From positions 1,986,001 to 2,050,000 of the forward strand of contig NC_058369.1 of NCBI RefSeq assembly GCF_018350175.1: a stretch of DNA of 64,000 nucleotides. Direction: 5' to 3'. The stretch comes from Felis catus. Its lineage: Eukaryota. The position numbers and the translations under genes are program-made. This document shows positions 39,032 through 52,910 of this stretch, one piece after another. Position 1 is the stretch's first letter; every line of letters begins with the position of its first letter. Below the pieces are notes generated by a model. That model searched no databases. It saw only the letters and a list, made by a program, of their open reading frames with translations, and had not been told where the DNA came from.

Positions 39032-41052
39032 ATAAATGCATTCTAGGTATTGACCATCTGAAAAACAATTCAGTTGGAAATAATGGTCAGGAAAAACTAT
39101 ATGTAAGAAACCCAGAAAGTTATGACTGTTATTAATGCCAAAGCATTAATCTTGTTCCACGTTGTAACCATACAGACAGTGCCACAAAAGAACCCATTCA
39201 TTGAAAATGGACATTATGTAGTCCAATAATAATTAACAAGCATCGATAGATCATTTATTAATAAAGAGATCACTTATAATCATTATTTCCTGACAATGTG
39301 CCTTCCTATTTTGAACAGAAGTCTTTTGGTGGAGAGTGTCTGTGAACGTTTTGAATGAAGGAGATCAATGTAGAGAAACCCTGAACCCGATTACAAGTCT
39401 TACTGTGCATGAGGGTTATCCTACTAGAGGCAAATCCTGTCAACATGCTAAGCGTAGAGAAGCCTTCACAGATGGTTCCTTCCTAGAGAAGACGTGAAGA
39501 TCTCACCCAGGGCTCAAACATAGTCCCTGTGAGGAATGTGGGCCGGGCTGTAGCTCCGTCTCAAGCCTCAGCACTCACGTGGATGTAGACCTTGAAGAGA
39601 GATCCTATGAAGGTCAGGATGCTGGGAGAGCATCTGACACAAACGCGAAGAGTCTCAGTAGTGAAAAATCTCTAGAGTGCAAGAAATGTGGAAAAGCTTT
39701 CACTTGCACGTCTTCCTTTTAGGGTCATGTGTCAGTTCACTGCGGACAGAAAGTCCATGAGTGTGACGTTTGTGGGAAAACCTTTATGTATCACTGCTAC
39801 CTTACACGTTATGTGAGAACTCACCCTGGGGAGAGACTCCTATCAGTGTTAAGAGTGTGGGAGCGCCTTCAGGTATAAGTCAAGCCTGAGAAAACATGTG
39901 AGGACACACGCTCAGGAGAAACACTATGAACGACCACACTGTGGGAAAGTCTTCACTTGTCTCTCTTCCTTTCGAGGACACACATGCAAGCACAGTGACA
40001 TGAAACCTTATGAACTTAAGCACCATGGAAAAGCCTTCAGGTATCCCAGGCATCTTTGCGCACAGACATGCTGTGGGAAAGCATTTATTCTCCCTTAAAA
40101 TCTTATTTATTTTTCTTCTTCTCTCTTAAAATCTTAATTAAAATGTGAGCCAATACATTGGAGATAATCCTGAATGCACACAATTTTGGGAAAACTCCAG
40201 GTATAGAACTTCATGTATTTTGTTCATGAAAATTCAGGTGGGACAAAAATCTGTTCACTGTTGGGAATATCGCTTTGAGTTTCCAGGTGCCTCTTCCTTA
40301 ATGGGGCTCCCACACGTATGGATTCCTAGTTCATGTCACTGATATGAACACTGATGGTTTTAAGTGTCCTTCTTTGTCCTCTACGTCTGTAGGATGTAGA
40401 TGTTGTTATCTCGGACTTGAAGTAATCATATGGTTATATAAAAATATCTGTTTTCCATTACAATGTCTCTTGGGCCCTGGGGTGATAAGAAAGTGTCTGT
40501 TGAGGGGAGGTGTACATGCAACTTTATATAATTTTAGAGAAAAATTTCTTGAATTATACATTCCAGAATATGGCTACTATCTGATCATGACACCAGACTT
40601 GTCTTATTGAAAGTTCATTTCTGTTCGCTGTTGCGGATACTGGAATTTGCCAATTCTGTGTGTACTGTCGGTCTTTATTATTGAAAGATACATTTCCAGT
40701 TCAGTTATCTCTTTATTTAACGGATATTTGTTAAAACTCCAATATTGGTTAATGTGTTCGGGCACTGATTCTTGGTATCTTTGGTCAGTTTTGTTCCCAA
40801 TTATGACCTGGAAGAACATCCCTTTGGACCATGACTCAGATTTGCCTGTTTTTGTTTTTTTTCCATGAACAGTGATTGTGGTGGAAATACAGTGGGGTGC
40901 TTTCCTCTGGCCCCCAGGAGGTAAAGTCTGGAAAGACCAGTACCCTTAATATCAGACAGATCAGTCGGTCAAAATATGGTATCTTGTAAATTTTGGACAC
41001 AGGAGCCTTTTCCATTTTATCCCCCCACTGGAGATAAAAACACCTCATTTCT

Positions 41053-41274
41053 GGGGCGCCTGGGTGGCGCAGTCGGTTAAGCGTCCGACTTCAGCCAGGT
41101 CACGATCTCGCGGTCCGGGAGTTCGAGCCCCACGTCGGGCTCTGGGCTGATGGCTCAGAGCCTGGAGCCTGTTTTCGATTCTGTGTCTCCCTCTCTCTCT
41201 GCCCCTCCCCCGTTCATGCTCTGTCTCTCTCTGTCCCAAACATAAATAAACGTTGAAAAAAAAAAATTTAAAAA
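41053..41274 (+). mobile_element. Young Can-SINE
   Basis: TSD AAAAACACCTCATTTC. Confidence 0.95.
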
Positions 41275-42594
41275 AAAACACCTCATTTCCATAATATTCC
41301 ACAGTTCCTAGGTACCCCAAAGGCATTCAAACTATGGGACTAAATGGTTTTGGTTTTACCCTTCACTAAGGTATATGGCCAAGTAAGCATATGTAACTGT
41401 CCTGTTGGGTTGGATGTCACAGGGAAAAGTATTGTTTCCTCAGTACTTTCAAGAGGATTTACAGGGCATTTGGCAGGCTCATTCAGCGGAGCGTGCAACT
41501 TTTGGTCTTGGACTTTTGGATTTTGACTCCACACTGGGTGTAGAGAGAACGTTAAAACCAATGATAATAAAATCAAATCTTTAAAGAAAAAAAAGGATTT
41601 GCAATAGTACGTGCAAGTTAATATTTACCACTTTGATCTTTTTTTAAAAGACCCAGCAGTAAACTATTGCAAAATCTTTACTGTTTAGAGGAGTAGCATG
41701 TAAATTGCCATGGGGAGTCAAAAGGGGACGTGTCAGCATTAAGCAGTCCTGAGGGGTTTTCTTTGGATCCAAATGAGGTCTGGCTCCACGATCAAGTGCC
41801 CTAAGCATTGGTCCTGAGTTTGAACAAACTGCCGATTTTTGAGGCTTTCTGTCCCTCTAAAGCCAAAAGTGGCAACAGGTACATGATGTCTTCCACTGGG
41901 GGGAAGCAGACAATGAAACTACCTGCGTACTGTAACTAAGTAGAGATGCGGAAGACTCTCTCTCTTCCAGATCAGCTTTAGTGGTTTGTGAAACGACAGG
42001 AAGACCGTCAGTCCCTGGGGCACGACTGTCCAGTGTATTTCTGTGCCTCCAAGAGAGAGCAAAACCTCGCTGCACTGGTAGCTACACTCGTGGGAGTATA
42101 AACTAGGACAGCTGATGTGGAAAAAGTTTGGTGGTTCCTCAAGAAGTGAAACACAGAAGGGCAGTGTGACCCAAGTGTTCCAGGCCTATGTAAACGGAAA
42201 CAGACACTCAGATGTGTGCCCACGAATGCCAGGTGCAAAACTGTGCATTCCCCGCAAAAGAGGGAAACGTCCCAAGTGTCCCCCAGTGCGTGGATGGATG
42301 AACAGGGTGTGGCATAGACACAGGACGGACGGTGATTCAGCCCCAGAGAGGAATGAAGGACAGACACATCATGCACGTGAACGTATGGTGACAGTGTTAT
42401 ACCATGTGGAAGACACCAGCCACACAGGCCACGTGGTGTGAGTCACTTACGTTAAATAGGCAGAGTGGGCAAATCCGCAGAGACACGAAATATTTCAACA
42501 GTGCCCAGGAGGCATGATTTCCTGGCTATTGTGGCCTTTAAATTTGCTTAGGAAAGTGGAGATATAAGTCGCACACCATGGGACTCACCCATGT

Positions 42595-43010
42595 TTTTAA
42601 ATGTTTATTTATTTTGAGAGAGGGAGCAGGGGTAGGGGCAGGGAGAGATGGGGACAGATCTGAAACGGACAATATACTGACAGCAGTAAGCCCAATATTG
42701 GGCTCCAACTCACTAACCAGGAGCTCATGACCTGAGCTGAAGTCCTTGGCTCAAGCGACTGAATTGCCCAGGTGCTCCTGTGCTCACACTTTTTTTAAAT
42801 TTTTTTTTCAACGTTTATTTATTTTTGAGACAGAGAGAGACAGAGCATGAATGGGGGAGGATCAGAGAGAGGGAGACACAGAATCCGAAACAGGCTCCAG
42901 GCTCTGAGCTGTCAGCACAGAGCCCGACGCGGGGCTGGAACTCACGGACCCTGAGATCATGACCTGAGCCGAAGTCGGACGCATAATAGACTGAGCCACC
43001 GCGGCGCCCC
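42595..43010 (-). mobile_element. Two adjacent Can-SINEs (42595-42778 and 42790-43010)
   Basis: Reverse SINEs; the second has TSD TGTGCTCACACTTTT; both absent at the homologous site near 26200. Confidence 0.9.
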
Positions 43011-43044
43011 CTGTGCTCACACTTTTAAGAATAAAACTCAGTGT

Positions 43045-43112
43045 CCTCCCCTGTCCTCCCCTCCCCTCCCCTCCCTTCCTCTCCTCTCCCTTCCCCTCCC
43101 CTCCCCTCCCCT
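43045..43112. repeat. (CCCCT)n pyrimidine tract
   Basis: Visible simple repeat, absent from unit B. Confidence 0.9.
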
Positions 43113-43449
43113 CGCGTGTTCCCAGAGCTGTCCCACATCAACACACCACCTGAAGAAGGATGTGGAGCTTTTACATTCCACATTCACAGGGACTGATTAC
43201 AAACTGGATCTGCCGTGACTTTCCTTGCAGAATATAACGCACACCTGAGTACTGTAACGTGTCATATCTGTGGCTGTGCCCGGCTGGGACCGCGGGATCC
43301 CACGTCGCACGGTGGCTGAAGACACAGGGCACTTTTGATTGGCCTGAGGACTGAGAAGTGGAGGTTGGGTCAGAGGGTGGGCACTCACGGTGTCAAATGT
43401 CAGCTCCAAACACAGGTGGACCTGGCTCCCGTGCGATGAGGTCACCGGT

Positions 43450-44900
43450 CAGTGAGCTGTTCTTAAACGTAGTGACCACGTGTAGACCACGGGCCCTTCT
43501 GTTCTGTCACGTCCCGATCCCACGCCGGACAAGGGAGTATCCACAGAGAAACTGCGTGGAATGCGCGACAGAAAAGGAGGAGGCAGGCAGGAGACCCCGC
43601 CCAGAGCACATTGGACTGAGAGCCCACCTCCCGGCCGGAGGATGAACCACGTGTGTGCCTCCAACCTGTCACTCAAAGTGGAGAAGGCGGGGCCTGGGCG
43701 TTCAGCCCAATCTGTGACCGCAGAGGTGGTGTCAGGATTATCTTCCAATCAGAACGTGAAGGCCCCAGACTGTCCTCTCACGGGGCGGAAGCGCGGTAGG
43801 TAATGTCCAATCTGGTTCGGGGTGGTGTCTTCGGGACAGCATCCAATCAGGTCGCAGGGATTGAAGCAACGTCCAATCAGGGCCCGGGCCGTGTAAGCTA
43901 CCCTACCAGGCCCGAGTGAGAGTCCGGGGGGTGTGGCTCTCAGCCGGAGCTGTTGGCGCCCTTGGATCCAGTGCTGCCTCGGGCGCGGGTGTGGGCGTCG
44001 GAGGTGGAAGCTCCGAGGGCGCGGAGCGGGCCCCAAGATGGTGAGTGCGCGGGCCGGCGGGGCGGATGGGACCAGCCGGAACTAGGTGGAAGCGGCCGCG
44101 GCGGGCTGTCCCCGTCCCCAGGGGTCCGCACCTGGGTCCTGGGCGGATGGAACTGAGAAGGGAGGCTGGGGGAGGGCAGGGGGAGGCCCGGGATTGGGGG
44201 AGCGTGTGCGACGACCTGACTAAGCAGGAGTTTGCGCTCCTCGGTGGAGGACAGGTAGAGACTGTCCGGGTAAGTTGTCACATAAAGGAAACTATTTGTA
44301 GCCATAAGGCGGCCTCAGGAAATAGCTTCTGAATCCGCGACTCCCTAGCGGGGACGGGCGGTGGGGGTGGGGGGGAGCTCTGTCGGGGGCAGTCTAGGCG
44401 GGCGTGAGGTTGCTCGGAGCGAGCTGGAAGACGTGCCCAGAAAGCACGCGTGCAGTGTGACGGTCACGGAGCCAGAGCTGCTCCCGGGGGCTGAGACTTG
44501 GACGTTAGAATCCAGCGGAGGTAAGCGTGGGACGTGGGGCCGGGGCTGAGCGCGCGCGGAGGGAGCAGGTGCACGCGCATGGGGTCCTGGGCTGCGATCT
44601 CGGGTAAGAAATGCAGGGTTTTCTCACTTTGGAAACGGCGCGGAGAGTTTCACGGGTTTGGCTGTTTCCTGGCCTGGGGCAGACTGTCAGTCTTTGCTTC
44701 CACGCTGTTCCCTTCAAGTCGTAAATGGCTGAGATTGGTTTTCTGTTTTTCCATTTCTTTGTGATTCTGACGCGGACCAGGAAGTTCTGCAAGGGGTGTA
44801 CTGGGCAATTAGAGCCGGAGAGGCGTAGATCACGGAATGGAGCGGGGGTCCTAAAACGATTGCTTTTCTGGGCACCCCCTTAACCCGCTGAGCTTATAGG
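43450..44900 (+). promoter_or_regulatory. CpG island and promoter of paralog C with five CCAAT boxes and a GC box
   Basis: CCAAT at 43707, 43745, 43807, 43843 and 43873; GGCGGGG near 43686; CpG-rich. Confidence 0.85.
44038..44040 (+). CDS. ZNF77-like: Paralog C, start codon at the end of exon 1
   Basis: cccaagATG|gtgagt inside a CpG island; the phase-0 donor fits the KRAB-A exon at 59209. ATG-only first coding exons are typical of KRAB-ZNF genes. Confidence 0.8.
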
Positions 44901-44917
44901 GGGACCCAGGGTGGACC

Positions 44918-45501
44918 TGTCACCCAACCAACCTGAGTTCTCTGCTTGGTGAGTCAGAAACTGCTCCACACTGAGCAGTCCCAGGAAGAAAACTTTATTA
45001 GCAGCAGATACAGAGATCAGTAGATCACAGGAAGTAACTTCCAAAGCCCTGACTCCCCGGAGGGAGGGTGGATGGGCTCTTCTGGTTTAGGGCTGGGATG
45101 GGTATTTCCATGGGGAAGCCTCCTCGTCCTGTGTGGGGTGGAAGGAGGGGTGCTGGAGGTGGGCCTTAGGGCAGCGGGCCTGTCCCCAGGAAGTAAGTCA
45201 TGTACAGGAGGCTGTGCTCCTCCCCCAGTGGAGACTTCAGTGTGATAATGAGGTAAAGGTGGTCATTCCAGAGGTCCCTCCAGGTCCCTCTGCACAGACA
45301 GGAATCCCGGGGCTCCTCAAACTTGTTGGGGAGGTTGGGGCTCTGGAGGTCTGGTGAGGGCAGTCGATGTGCCATCTGCTCCAGGGGCAGGTTCCTGTCC
45401 TTTGCCTGAGTTAAGAGGACAGCTGGAAAGGACAGCTTAGGGAAACGTGGGGCAAAGTTCTGTGAGTACAAGCACGTTGGCTTGAGGTCTAGCTGGTGAC
45501 C
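44918..45501 (-). mobile_element. Uninterrupted LTR in intron 1 of paralog C
   Basis: Homologous to 28227-28256 joined to 29133-29687; AATAAA on the minus strand. Confidence 0.7.
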
Positions 45502-48500
45502 GACTTGGGAGATGACCTCAAATCTGCGCCTGGCTGAGGACAGTTTATTACAATCGGTTCCAACAGGGACCTGCTCCCATCTGCGAGAGGGGGATGGGCA
45601 GGAAGGCCCAGTGTCAGGATCCAGCCCCTGGGGTGGAGGAAGGCCTCAGGTCCCCAGGTGGCTCAGGTCCCCAGGGCCTTGTTCCTCAGCTCAGTGGATG
45701 CTCAGAGTGTGGGCCACCTGCAGTCGGGCCTGTGGGGAGGACAGTGGCCTGGGTAAAGTTTGCGTAGGAAAGGGGCAGTGGTGGACAGTTGGTCAAACCA
45801 GTGTCAATTCAGTCAAAAATCCAAAGTGAGTAAGGAGAGTCCTGTATTGAGAAGAATGATTGCAAAGTGGGGAGCAGGGACACCGTTGCACTTCAGGCTG
45901 GGGCCATGCCAGGGGCGGGGCACTTTTGCACTAGATGCAGGAGCCATGGGGGGGGGCAGCTGTTACATTAGAGGCAAGGGCTACGGGGGGGGGGCTGTTG
46001 CATTAGGGGCAAGGGCTGTGCAGGAGGCGGGGGGCTACATCGACAAGGAGGACACTGTGAGCATAAGACTTGCGAGTGTCTCAAGTTGTGTAAGTTGTCT
46101 GCGAGTTGTGTACAAGGGAGGAGAGGAGGAAAGAAACCAGGCGTGAGCAGGTGTGGTGCTGACGTTGGGGTTCCCTGAGGCCAGCCTGTCCCCCTGTCCC
46201 CAGGAGGGGCTGTGTGTGGTTCAGGCTGAGAGCAAGCCCACGTTCAGGGGTCTGGAGGAAGGAGAGAAGCCAAAGCAAAGCGGGACCAGCCAGCATTTTG
46301 TGCCCCTTGGTCCCGGGGACAAGCAGCTGAGCTGATCGCAGATGAGGCACAAAGTGTGGGTGTGGGGGGTCTGCACGTGGCCCTGTCGTGGGTGAGCCAG
46401 GGGGACTTCCTGTGAGCCTTCTCCTGGTCTGACGGGGGAGGGGCCCTCGTGCGGCCTGCTGTTTTCCAGACCCCAACAGGGTGGGGGAGGGAGTGCCTTT
46501 CCCTTCCACTGAGGTTTTCCTGGGAGCACAGGGCTCAGGTAGGCGTCTCCATGTCACCTGTCACCTGTGAGCAGGACCTGTCACCCTGTCCAGCCCAGCA
46601 CAGATGGCTCTGACCTCCGCCAGCCTCGCGTTGAGCAGGTGTAAAATGCCCGAGTTCTTTCTGCCTCTTTTCTTCCCCTTCAGGGCAGAGGGTGGTAAGT
46701 GTGTCAGGTCGTTCCTGTCCCTGCTGACCCGGGTTACTGGGGGCTTTATCCGGAGAGCGTCCCCTGGGGAAAAGTGTCTCAGGACAGAACTGTCCTTCTC
46801 CATGAGGGTTGGGGGGGGGGGTTCTGCAGAGGGCTCCACACCTTCATGCCAGGTGGGTGGAGTCATGCATCAGGGGATTCATCCAAATGCTGGTGACAGG
46901 TCCACACAGGGTCCAGAGGTGGAAAAGTGTCTTCCTGATCTGTCCCCTGGGAATTGCCGGTGTCAGAGATGCACACAAATTCTGTCAACTGAGACGGGTT
47001 CAATTCTAACGGTACCAGGTCCCTGTTCTCTGAAAGGGATAAACAGCTTCCATTCTTGTGAAACCACGCAGGTGCCCTGGAGCCGCCCCTCCCACTGTGG
47101 CCTTGACCTCAGGGTGGAAGCTGTGATGCTGCACCTGGTTGTCCACACAGCAGCTTGGGGTCCCCGTGTCATTCAGATGACCCGGGTTGCTGGATGCTGG
47201 GGCCTCCTCTGGGCTGGGGACCGGCCACCTCCAAAGCTGGGCCTGGTGGGAGGCGAGGGAAGGTGCGGTGGGGTCTCGCTCACCTGCAGGTGGCCTCCAG
47301 CCCCCGGGATCAGTGGGGACCAGTGGGGAAGGGGCTGGGGCCGCCCCTGGAGTGTCTCCCTAGGACCAGTGTTGGCGTCGTCCAAGGGGTTGTGGGGTTA
47401 AGTGGGATCTGTGGAAACAGGAAGTCTGTGCAGGTCAGACTGAGGGAAGGCTCCTCGGGGTCAAGTGCCGTTGGAAGGGTCATGAACACAGAGCGTGTAG
47501 GGTTCAGATCCTAAACTGGGAGGGTTTCCTCTCTGGTGAGAATTGTGGCCCCAGAGGAGGGGATGCGGGGCGTGTGGAGCTCAGAGTTCAGTCCCCAGGG
47601 GTCTCTGGTCCCCTCCTTCCATCCCAGAGGACCGGTGTCAGCAGGGAGAGCTTGGCGCTCATGGGGGGACTGGGTGTCACCCTCTGCACTGGGGTGTCAT
47701 GTGTGGTGTGGGCGCCGTGGGTGACCAATCTGAGCGGCTCCTGCTCTGGTGCTCGGCCCGTTGTTCCTGGAGAGGCTCTCGCTGCCCCGGGAGTCCAGTG
47801 TGGGTGACACTTAGGACTTTTGTCCCTTGGCCATACCTCTTTGTGCTGGCAGCTTTCCGTGTCGTCACCCCCCAGCAGGCGTCACTCGACCTGATGATCT
47901 CTGTTGCGGTGCGAGAGGGGAATATCAGCAGTGCCACCGGTGATGTGGCTGCCCAGGGCTCATCTGTGTCTCTCGGGCGGGTGCTTGCGGCTCAGTGTGT
48001 CCGGTGAAGCCCTCCGTCCCGGGATGGTGGGGCGTGGGGGTCTCCAGTTCATGTTTTCCTTTTGTGGGCTCTGCTGTTGCCGTTAGTGTGGTCCTGTCCT
48101 CAGGGTAAATGCCTCGTAAGTCCTTCTGCGCTGGGGGGACATTGCATATTGTAGCTTGTAAGTTACATGTTAGCAGGAAACGGGGTGCAGAGTATGAACC
48201 ACTCGACAGTGCTTCTGGCTTGTATCACCTGGGTGGTAAACTAGGTTCCCAGCCTGGCTGGTAAACTTTTAAGCACCTGGCTGGTAAACTGGGTTCCCCG
48301 ATCCCTGTGAGGTTTGAGAGGTGTTCCCCAGGTAGGGATATTGTTCTCTCACAGTCTGAAGCCATAGGGAAACACTGGGCTTCTGTCCAGTGAGATAACA
48401 TATAAACCATGGCTAAACTGTATTCATGTTTACGAGAGAGGGAGCTGTGTGACATCCATTTGTGCGAGCCAGCTTCCCTGGGGTTGTCCTTGGACCGGTG

Positions 48501-50619
48501 GAACCTGCGAGGTTGTCACTTTTGTGACTTTATTAGTATTTCTCCGCTCATAGTCATTATCGAACACTATTAGGTTGCCACTGCTCTAATGTCCGTCCAC
48601 TGGTGAGTAGTGCATATTATAGTGTCTCTGGATATTGCTGGACTGGTATTTGTCCAACCAGAGTTCTCTTTTTACTAAAGTCACAATTATTAGATTTCCA
48701 TCAATGCTTTTACATTTCTGGGGAACGTTTTTGGACACCTCTGTTCAGTTTCTCTATGTTATTATTTGGGAGAACATCCCTTTGAACTATGACATGAGTT
48801 TGCCTTGGTTTCCTAGAGCTGTGTTTCCTTTTTTGTGTTGAAGAATTATCAGCCAAATGGGTTCTTTTGGTCTCCAAGGAGTCAGATCTGGAGCCAGGAC
48901 CCTTCGTAATGCCAGAGAGGTCAGTTCAAGTAGGGCATCTAATGAATTTGGGACAAAGGAGCCATTTTTAATTGATCCCCATGTGGGTAAGGACATCTTG
49001 TCTCCATAGTAGTCCAAGGTCATGAGCTCCCTTACAGGCATGGCGACTGTCCCTATGAACATGTGTGAACGTGTTTTACCCTTGGTGAAGGTGCAGGGCC
49101 AGAGGAAGGGCCGATCATTCGGCGTGTTGAGCTGAAGTAGCCCAAAGGTAAAGTGCTGCTCAGTGACCTCAAGGGACTTACAGTCGCATCCCCAGCACGA
49201 TATTTACCGTTTTCAATTTGTAAATAAGAGTAAATCATAGAACCTGTGCGTGAGAGGCACTTCCTGTTTGCAGGGGGAGTCAGAAGGTGCTGTGTCCGTG
49301 CTGAGCAGTCACGAGGGGTTTCACGTGGGTCCACGGGTCATGCTCATTCCCGGATCAGACGCCCTACGTATCGATCCTGAGTTTGAGCAACCTGCAATAT
49401 TTCTTTAGAGACATTTTGTCCTTTCAAGGTCAAAAGGTGTAACAGGTGGATTCGGGCTTCCTGGGAAGAGGTCTGAGAAGGGGAGCAGAGACCGAAACCA
49501 TCTACATATCATCAGAGAGCAGAGCCTTCAACAATTTTCCATCATCCAGACCAGCTTTTGAGATTCAAGAAAAGCGAGAAAGCCTGTGCCGCCCTGGGCG
49601 TGAGTGCCCTGGCGTGTTTCTGTTCCTTTCAAATGAAAGCAGAGATAACTGCGTTCATCCTCACAAACTGCGATACGAAAAATGCACTGTGCGGTTTCAT
49701 TTCCTTGAAAATTTGCTCTCAGTGGGAAGGGATGTCAGCGTGTGGGAGTTGGGAACAGCAGGTGCCAGTGATCACCGTGTCCCGGACAGTCCTCCATCGT
49801 CTGGGCACTGGTAAAAGAGGATGGGTGCAGGGTATAATGGGATCATAGCCTCAGGTTCGTAATCTTCTATGGGCTTGGTGCCTTTAAGGGCTTCTTTATT
49901 TACAGGAAATTTATTAAATACGACAGCACTTTGAGGGATTTATTTGAATCTTCATAGGAGGTACACTGTGGGTTCTGCCAATATTAGTTGGGGATTTGCT
50001 CAGAAAGAGGATGGCAGGTGATCCAGCCGAGACAAATGATTAGTGTCCCCAGATGCCACTCTAGTGCGTCAGAGATGAAGTAGATAAAAGGTGTCCAAAG
50101 GGCATTTCGTCCCCTGGTTAGGTATTTTGAGTACCTTCATCCAGTTCTAGAATTACTTTCCCTTTGTGGGAGAATGAAATTCCAGCGTGATCCCTTCTGA
50201 GGATCTGTGCAGTGAATGACTAGAGGTGGAGGAACTAACGTGAAAATGGTGTGTCTGTCACACGGGACTAGACACAAGGGGGCGGGTTCAGAGGCAGGAA
50301 CGTGTGCAGGTTCATTAGAGACTCCACTGTTGGAGCCCCGTGAGCTCTCAGCGGCGGGACCTGCTTCACAGTGTAGGTCCCGTGTCAGGCGGCACAGAGA
50401 GTCCCTCCCCATCTGGAGAGTGGTTTCTCCAAGCTGATCAGGAGGGAATTTGGGGCAGAGCCCCTGTGGTCCTTAGAGCCCAGCCGTTGGGCATGAGGAG
50501 GGCTTGGGAGGGGCCGGGAGGAGGGCTCCCACCTGGAGCATTCAGGCTGCTGATAACCTTCCCTCACATGTCCTGGATGTTGGCAATAATAGTGCAAACT
50601 AGGAGGTATTTGGTGGGGT

Positions 50620-50822
50620 TTTTTTTAATGTTTGTTTATTTTTAGAGACACAAAGTGTGAGTGGGGGAGGGGCAGAGAGAGAGGGAGACACAGAACCCGA
50701 AGCAGGCTCCAGGCTCTGAGCTGTCAGCACAGAGCCCACCATGGGGCTCAAACCAACGAACTGTGAGATCATGAGGTGAGCCGAAGTTGGATGCTCAACC
50801 AACCGAGCCACCCAGGCGCTCC
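50620..50822 (-). mobile_element. Can-SINE
   Basis: Reverse SINE. Confidence 0.92.
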
Positions 50823-51965
50823 TTATAGAAGCCTTCAGTTGTTCGTGGTGCAAATTAAGAATTTTAGCCGTCTTTCCTTCATGTGGGCTGTGAGTGGCCT
50901 AGTTTGTCAAAATAATTAAATATGCAGGGGATGAGATTTCCCAGCCCATCCTGGTCCTTTTAACGAAAAAGAAAGATTCCAGTCCAGCCCATTAAATGCT
51001 GCCTGATGGATTCCACATGTGAAGAAAGACCAGAAGTTACATTGAAGATAGGCTGAAGTCCATTGTAATAGCTACGTACAGGTTCATCAGGCTTTTGTGT
51101 GGAAATCTGGATTTTGTTTTAATTCACAGTCCTAGGAAAAGCTACTGTAATTGCTTGGTGGGAATTTTCCGACGTTTGGCATCTTTTCAGAAGTTGGGCC
51201 TCTCTCGCTCTCCCTCTCTTGGGTTAGTTTCATCCCATGTGTGGCCTGGGCCTCAGCAACATGCATGTGGACTAGTTGATCTAAATCTGGGAAACCATGT
51301 TGGTAAGTTGAATAGCCATGTCATGTTCTTCCGCGAGCTTATGGGGGGGTCCTGGGCACTTTTGGAAACTTCTGCCTTAATCCAGGGAACATGAGAAACA
51401 TGGGCTTTTAGATCTTGAGAAGCCTTCCCTTTAAAGAGGCCTGGTTAACAGGCTGAGGTAAGGAGGGATCATGGGCAGGTTCAGAAGAAAAGGGGAAGTT
51501 CAGAGCTTGTTGAGGAAAGCGGTTGGAGGCAGGTCCCAGGTGTAGAGTAGCCGCCAGATGTCTGCAGACAGGGAAGCCTGGGCGGGAGAAAAAGACACTT
51601 CGGAAGCCATTTGTCGTTATTTCAGTTGTTTGCCTCCGTTCATTTGAAATAGTCTTTCGCAAAGAGGCACACTTAGATCCTGAAAATATTTGCAAGTCTT
51701 GAGGTACCGAATAAAATATGTATCAAATTCAGTTTGCTGGATTCATGACTTCCTAATTTCTTTTTTTTTTCTTTTCTCTTCTTTTCTCTCATTCTTTCTT
51801 TTCTTCTTTCCTTCCTTCCTTCTTAATTTTTAAATTTTTTTCTAACAGTATTCAATAAAACATGTTTGGGGAGATTGAAAGTTCCCCATAAAGGCCCTTG
51901 TAGTTCTAAATTATATTTGGTTCAGTTGCTCATTTTGTTAGAAATGCACGAGGATGCACCATGGT

Positions 51966-52202
51966 GTGTTTTTTTTGTTTTTTTTTTAAATTTTTTTTTC
52001 AACGTTTATTTATTTTTGGGACAGAGAGAGACAGAGCATGAACGGGGGAGGGGCAGAGAGAGAGGGAGACACAGAATCGGAAACAGGCTCCAGGCTCTGA
52101 GCCATCAGCCCAGAGCCTGACGCGGGGCTCGAACTCACGGACTGCGAGATCGTGACCTGGCTGAAGTCGGACGCTTAACCGACTTCGCCACCCAGGCGCC
52201 CC
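51966..52202 (-). mobile_element. Young Can-SINE
   Basis: TSD GCACCATGGT. Confidence 0.95.
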
Positions 52203-52910
52203 GCACCATGGTTTTTAAACATAAGATTGGCCAGGGTTCCATTTGAGGGCCCCCTCCATGCGCTTTGATAACTGGAATCCATTTCTTGGTAGTTTTCTCT
52301 AGACCAGAATAAAAATTTATGAACACTAGTCTCTATAGGAGTAGCCTTGTTCCAGAAGAAATCAGACCAAGGGCCAGTGCATTTCCAACAGGCACGATTC
52401 CAAGAGGAACAGTCCAGTTTTGGAAAGTAGTCGGAACAAAAATGAGTTCTCTGAGAAAGGACAAGCCCCTAACACAGGTTCTGAATAAACCCTGCAGAGT
52501 GCACACACAGGAGAGCGCAGACCCAGGGAGCGGGGCTCTGATCTCAGCACAAAACAACCTCCACTTCAGGGTCCCCAAGAAAGCAGAGAGAGCAGTGGGC
52601 TCCGTGGGTACCTGCACCTGTTTGCTCGCCAGCCTGGAGTGGTTGGGGTCTCCTCTGGGTCCCCTGGTGATCACCAAGTAACGTTAACTTAAAAATGAAA
52701 CCGGCAGTTATTTCTCCAGGAAAAAAATGAGAATAGCAGAGAATTGGGATTTGGGACAGGTAAGCCCCAGCAATACCACAGGCAAGTCTGGAGAAGAAAG
52801 GGAGGAACAAAGGGAGGAACGCTTTTTCCTAGAGGAGAGGGGACATTGGGAGGGGCTGTGCCAAACCAGAAAGCCATTGGAGCAAACTGGGTGTTCCACG
52901 TGTAGTGGCT

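Larger units (their letters stand above)
27334..40098 (+). pseudogene. ZNF77-like: Paralog B, KRAB-ZNF pseudogene. Exons: ATG 27334-27336, KRAB-A 35663-35789, spacer 38493-38673, fingers 39319-~40098
   Basis: gagATG|gtgagt; KRAB-A has W>S and an in-frame TGA at 35726-35728; finger exon has a 4-bp TGAA duplication giving TGA at 39356, further stops and frameshifts, and about 1.2 kb less finger sequence than paralog A. Confidence 0.9.
25728..42085 (+). repeat. Segmental-duplication unit B: 5' part homologous to unit C (from ~42085), 3' part homologous to unit A
   Basis: 25728-32220 matches 42108-48200; 33000-35820 matches 55790-59360; 33970-41780 matches 1985-11960, collinear with indels. Confidence 0.9.
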
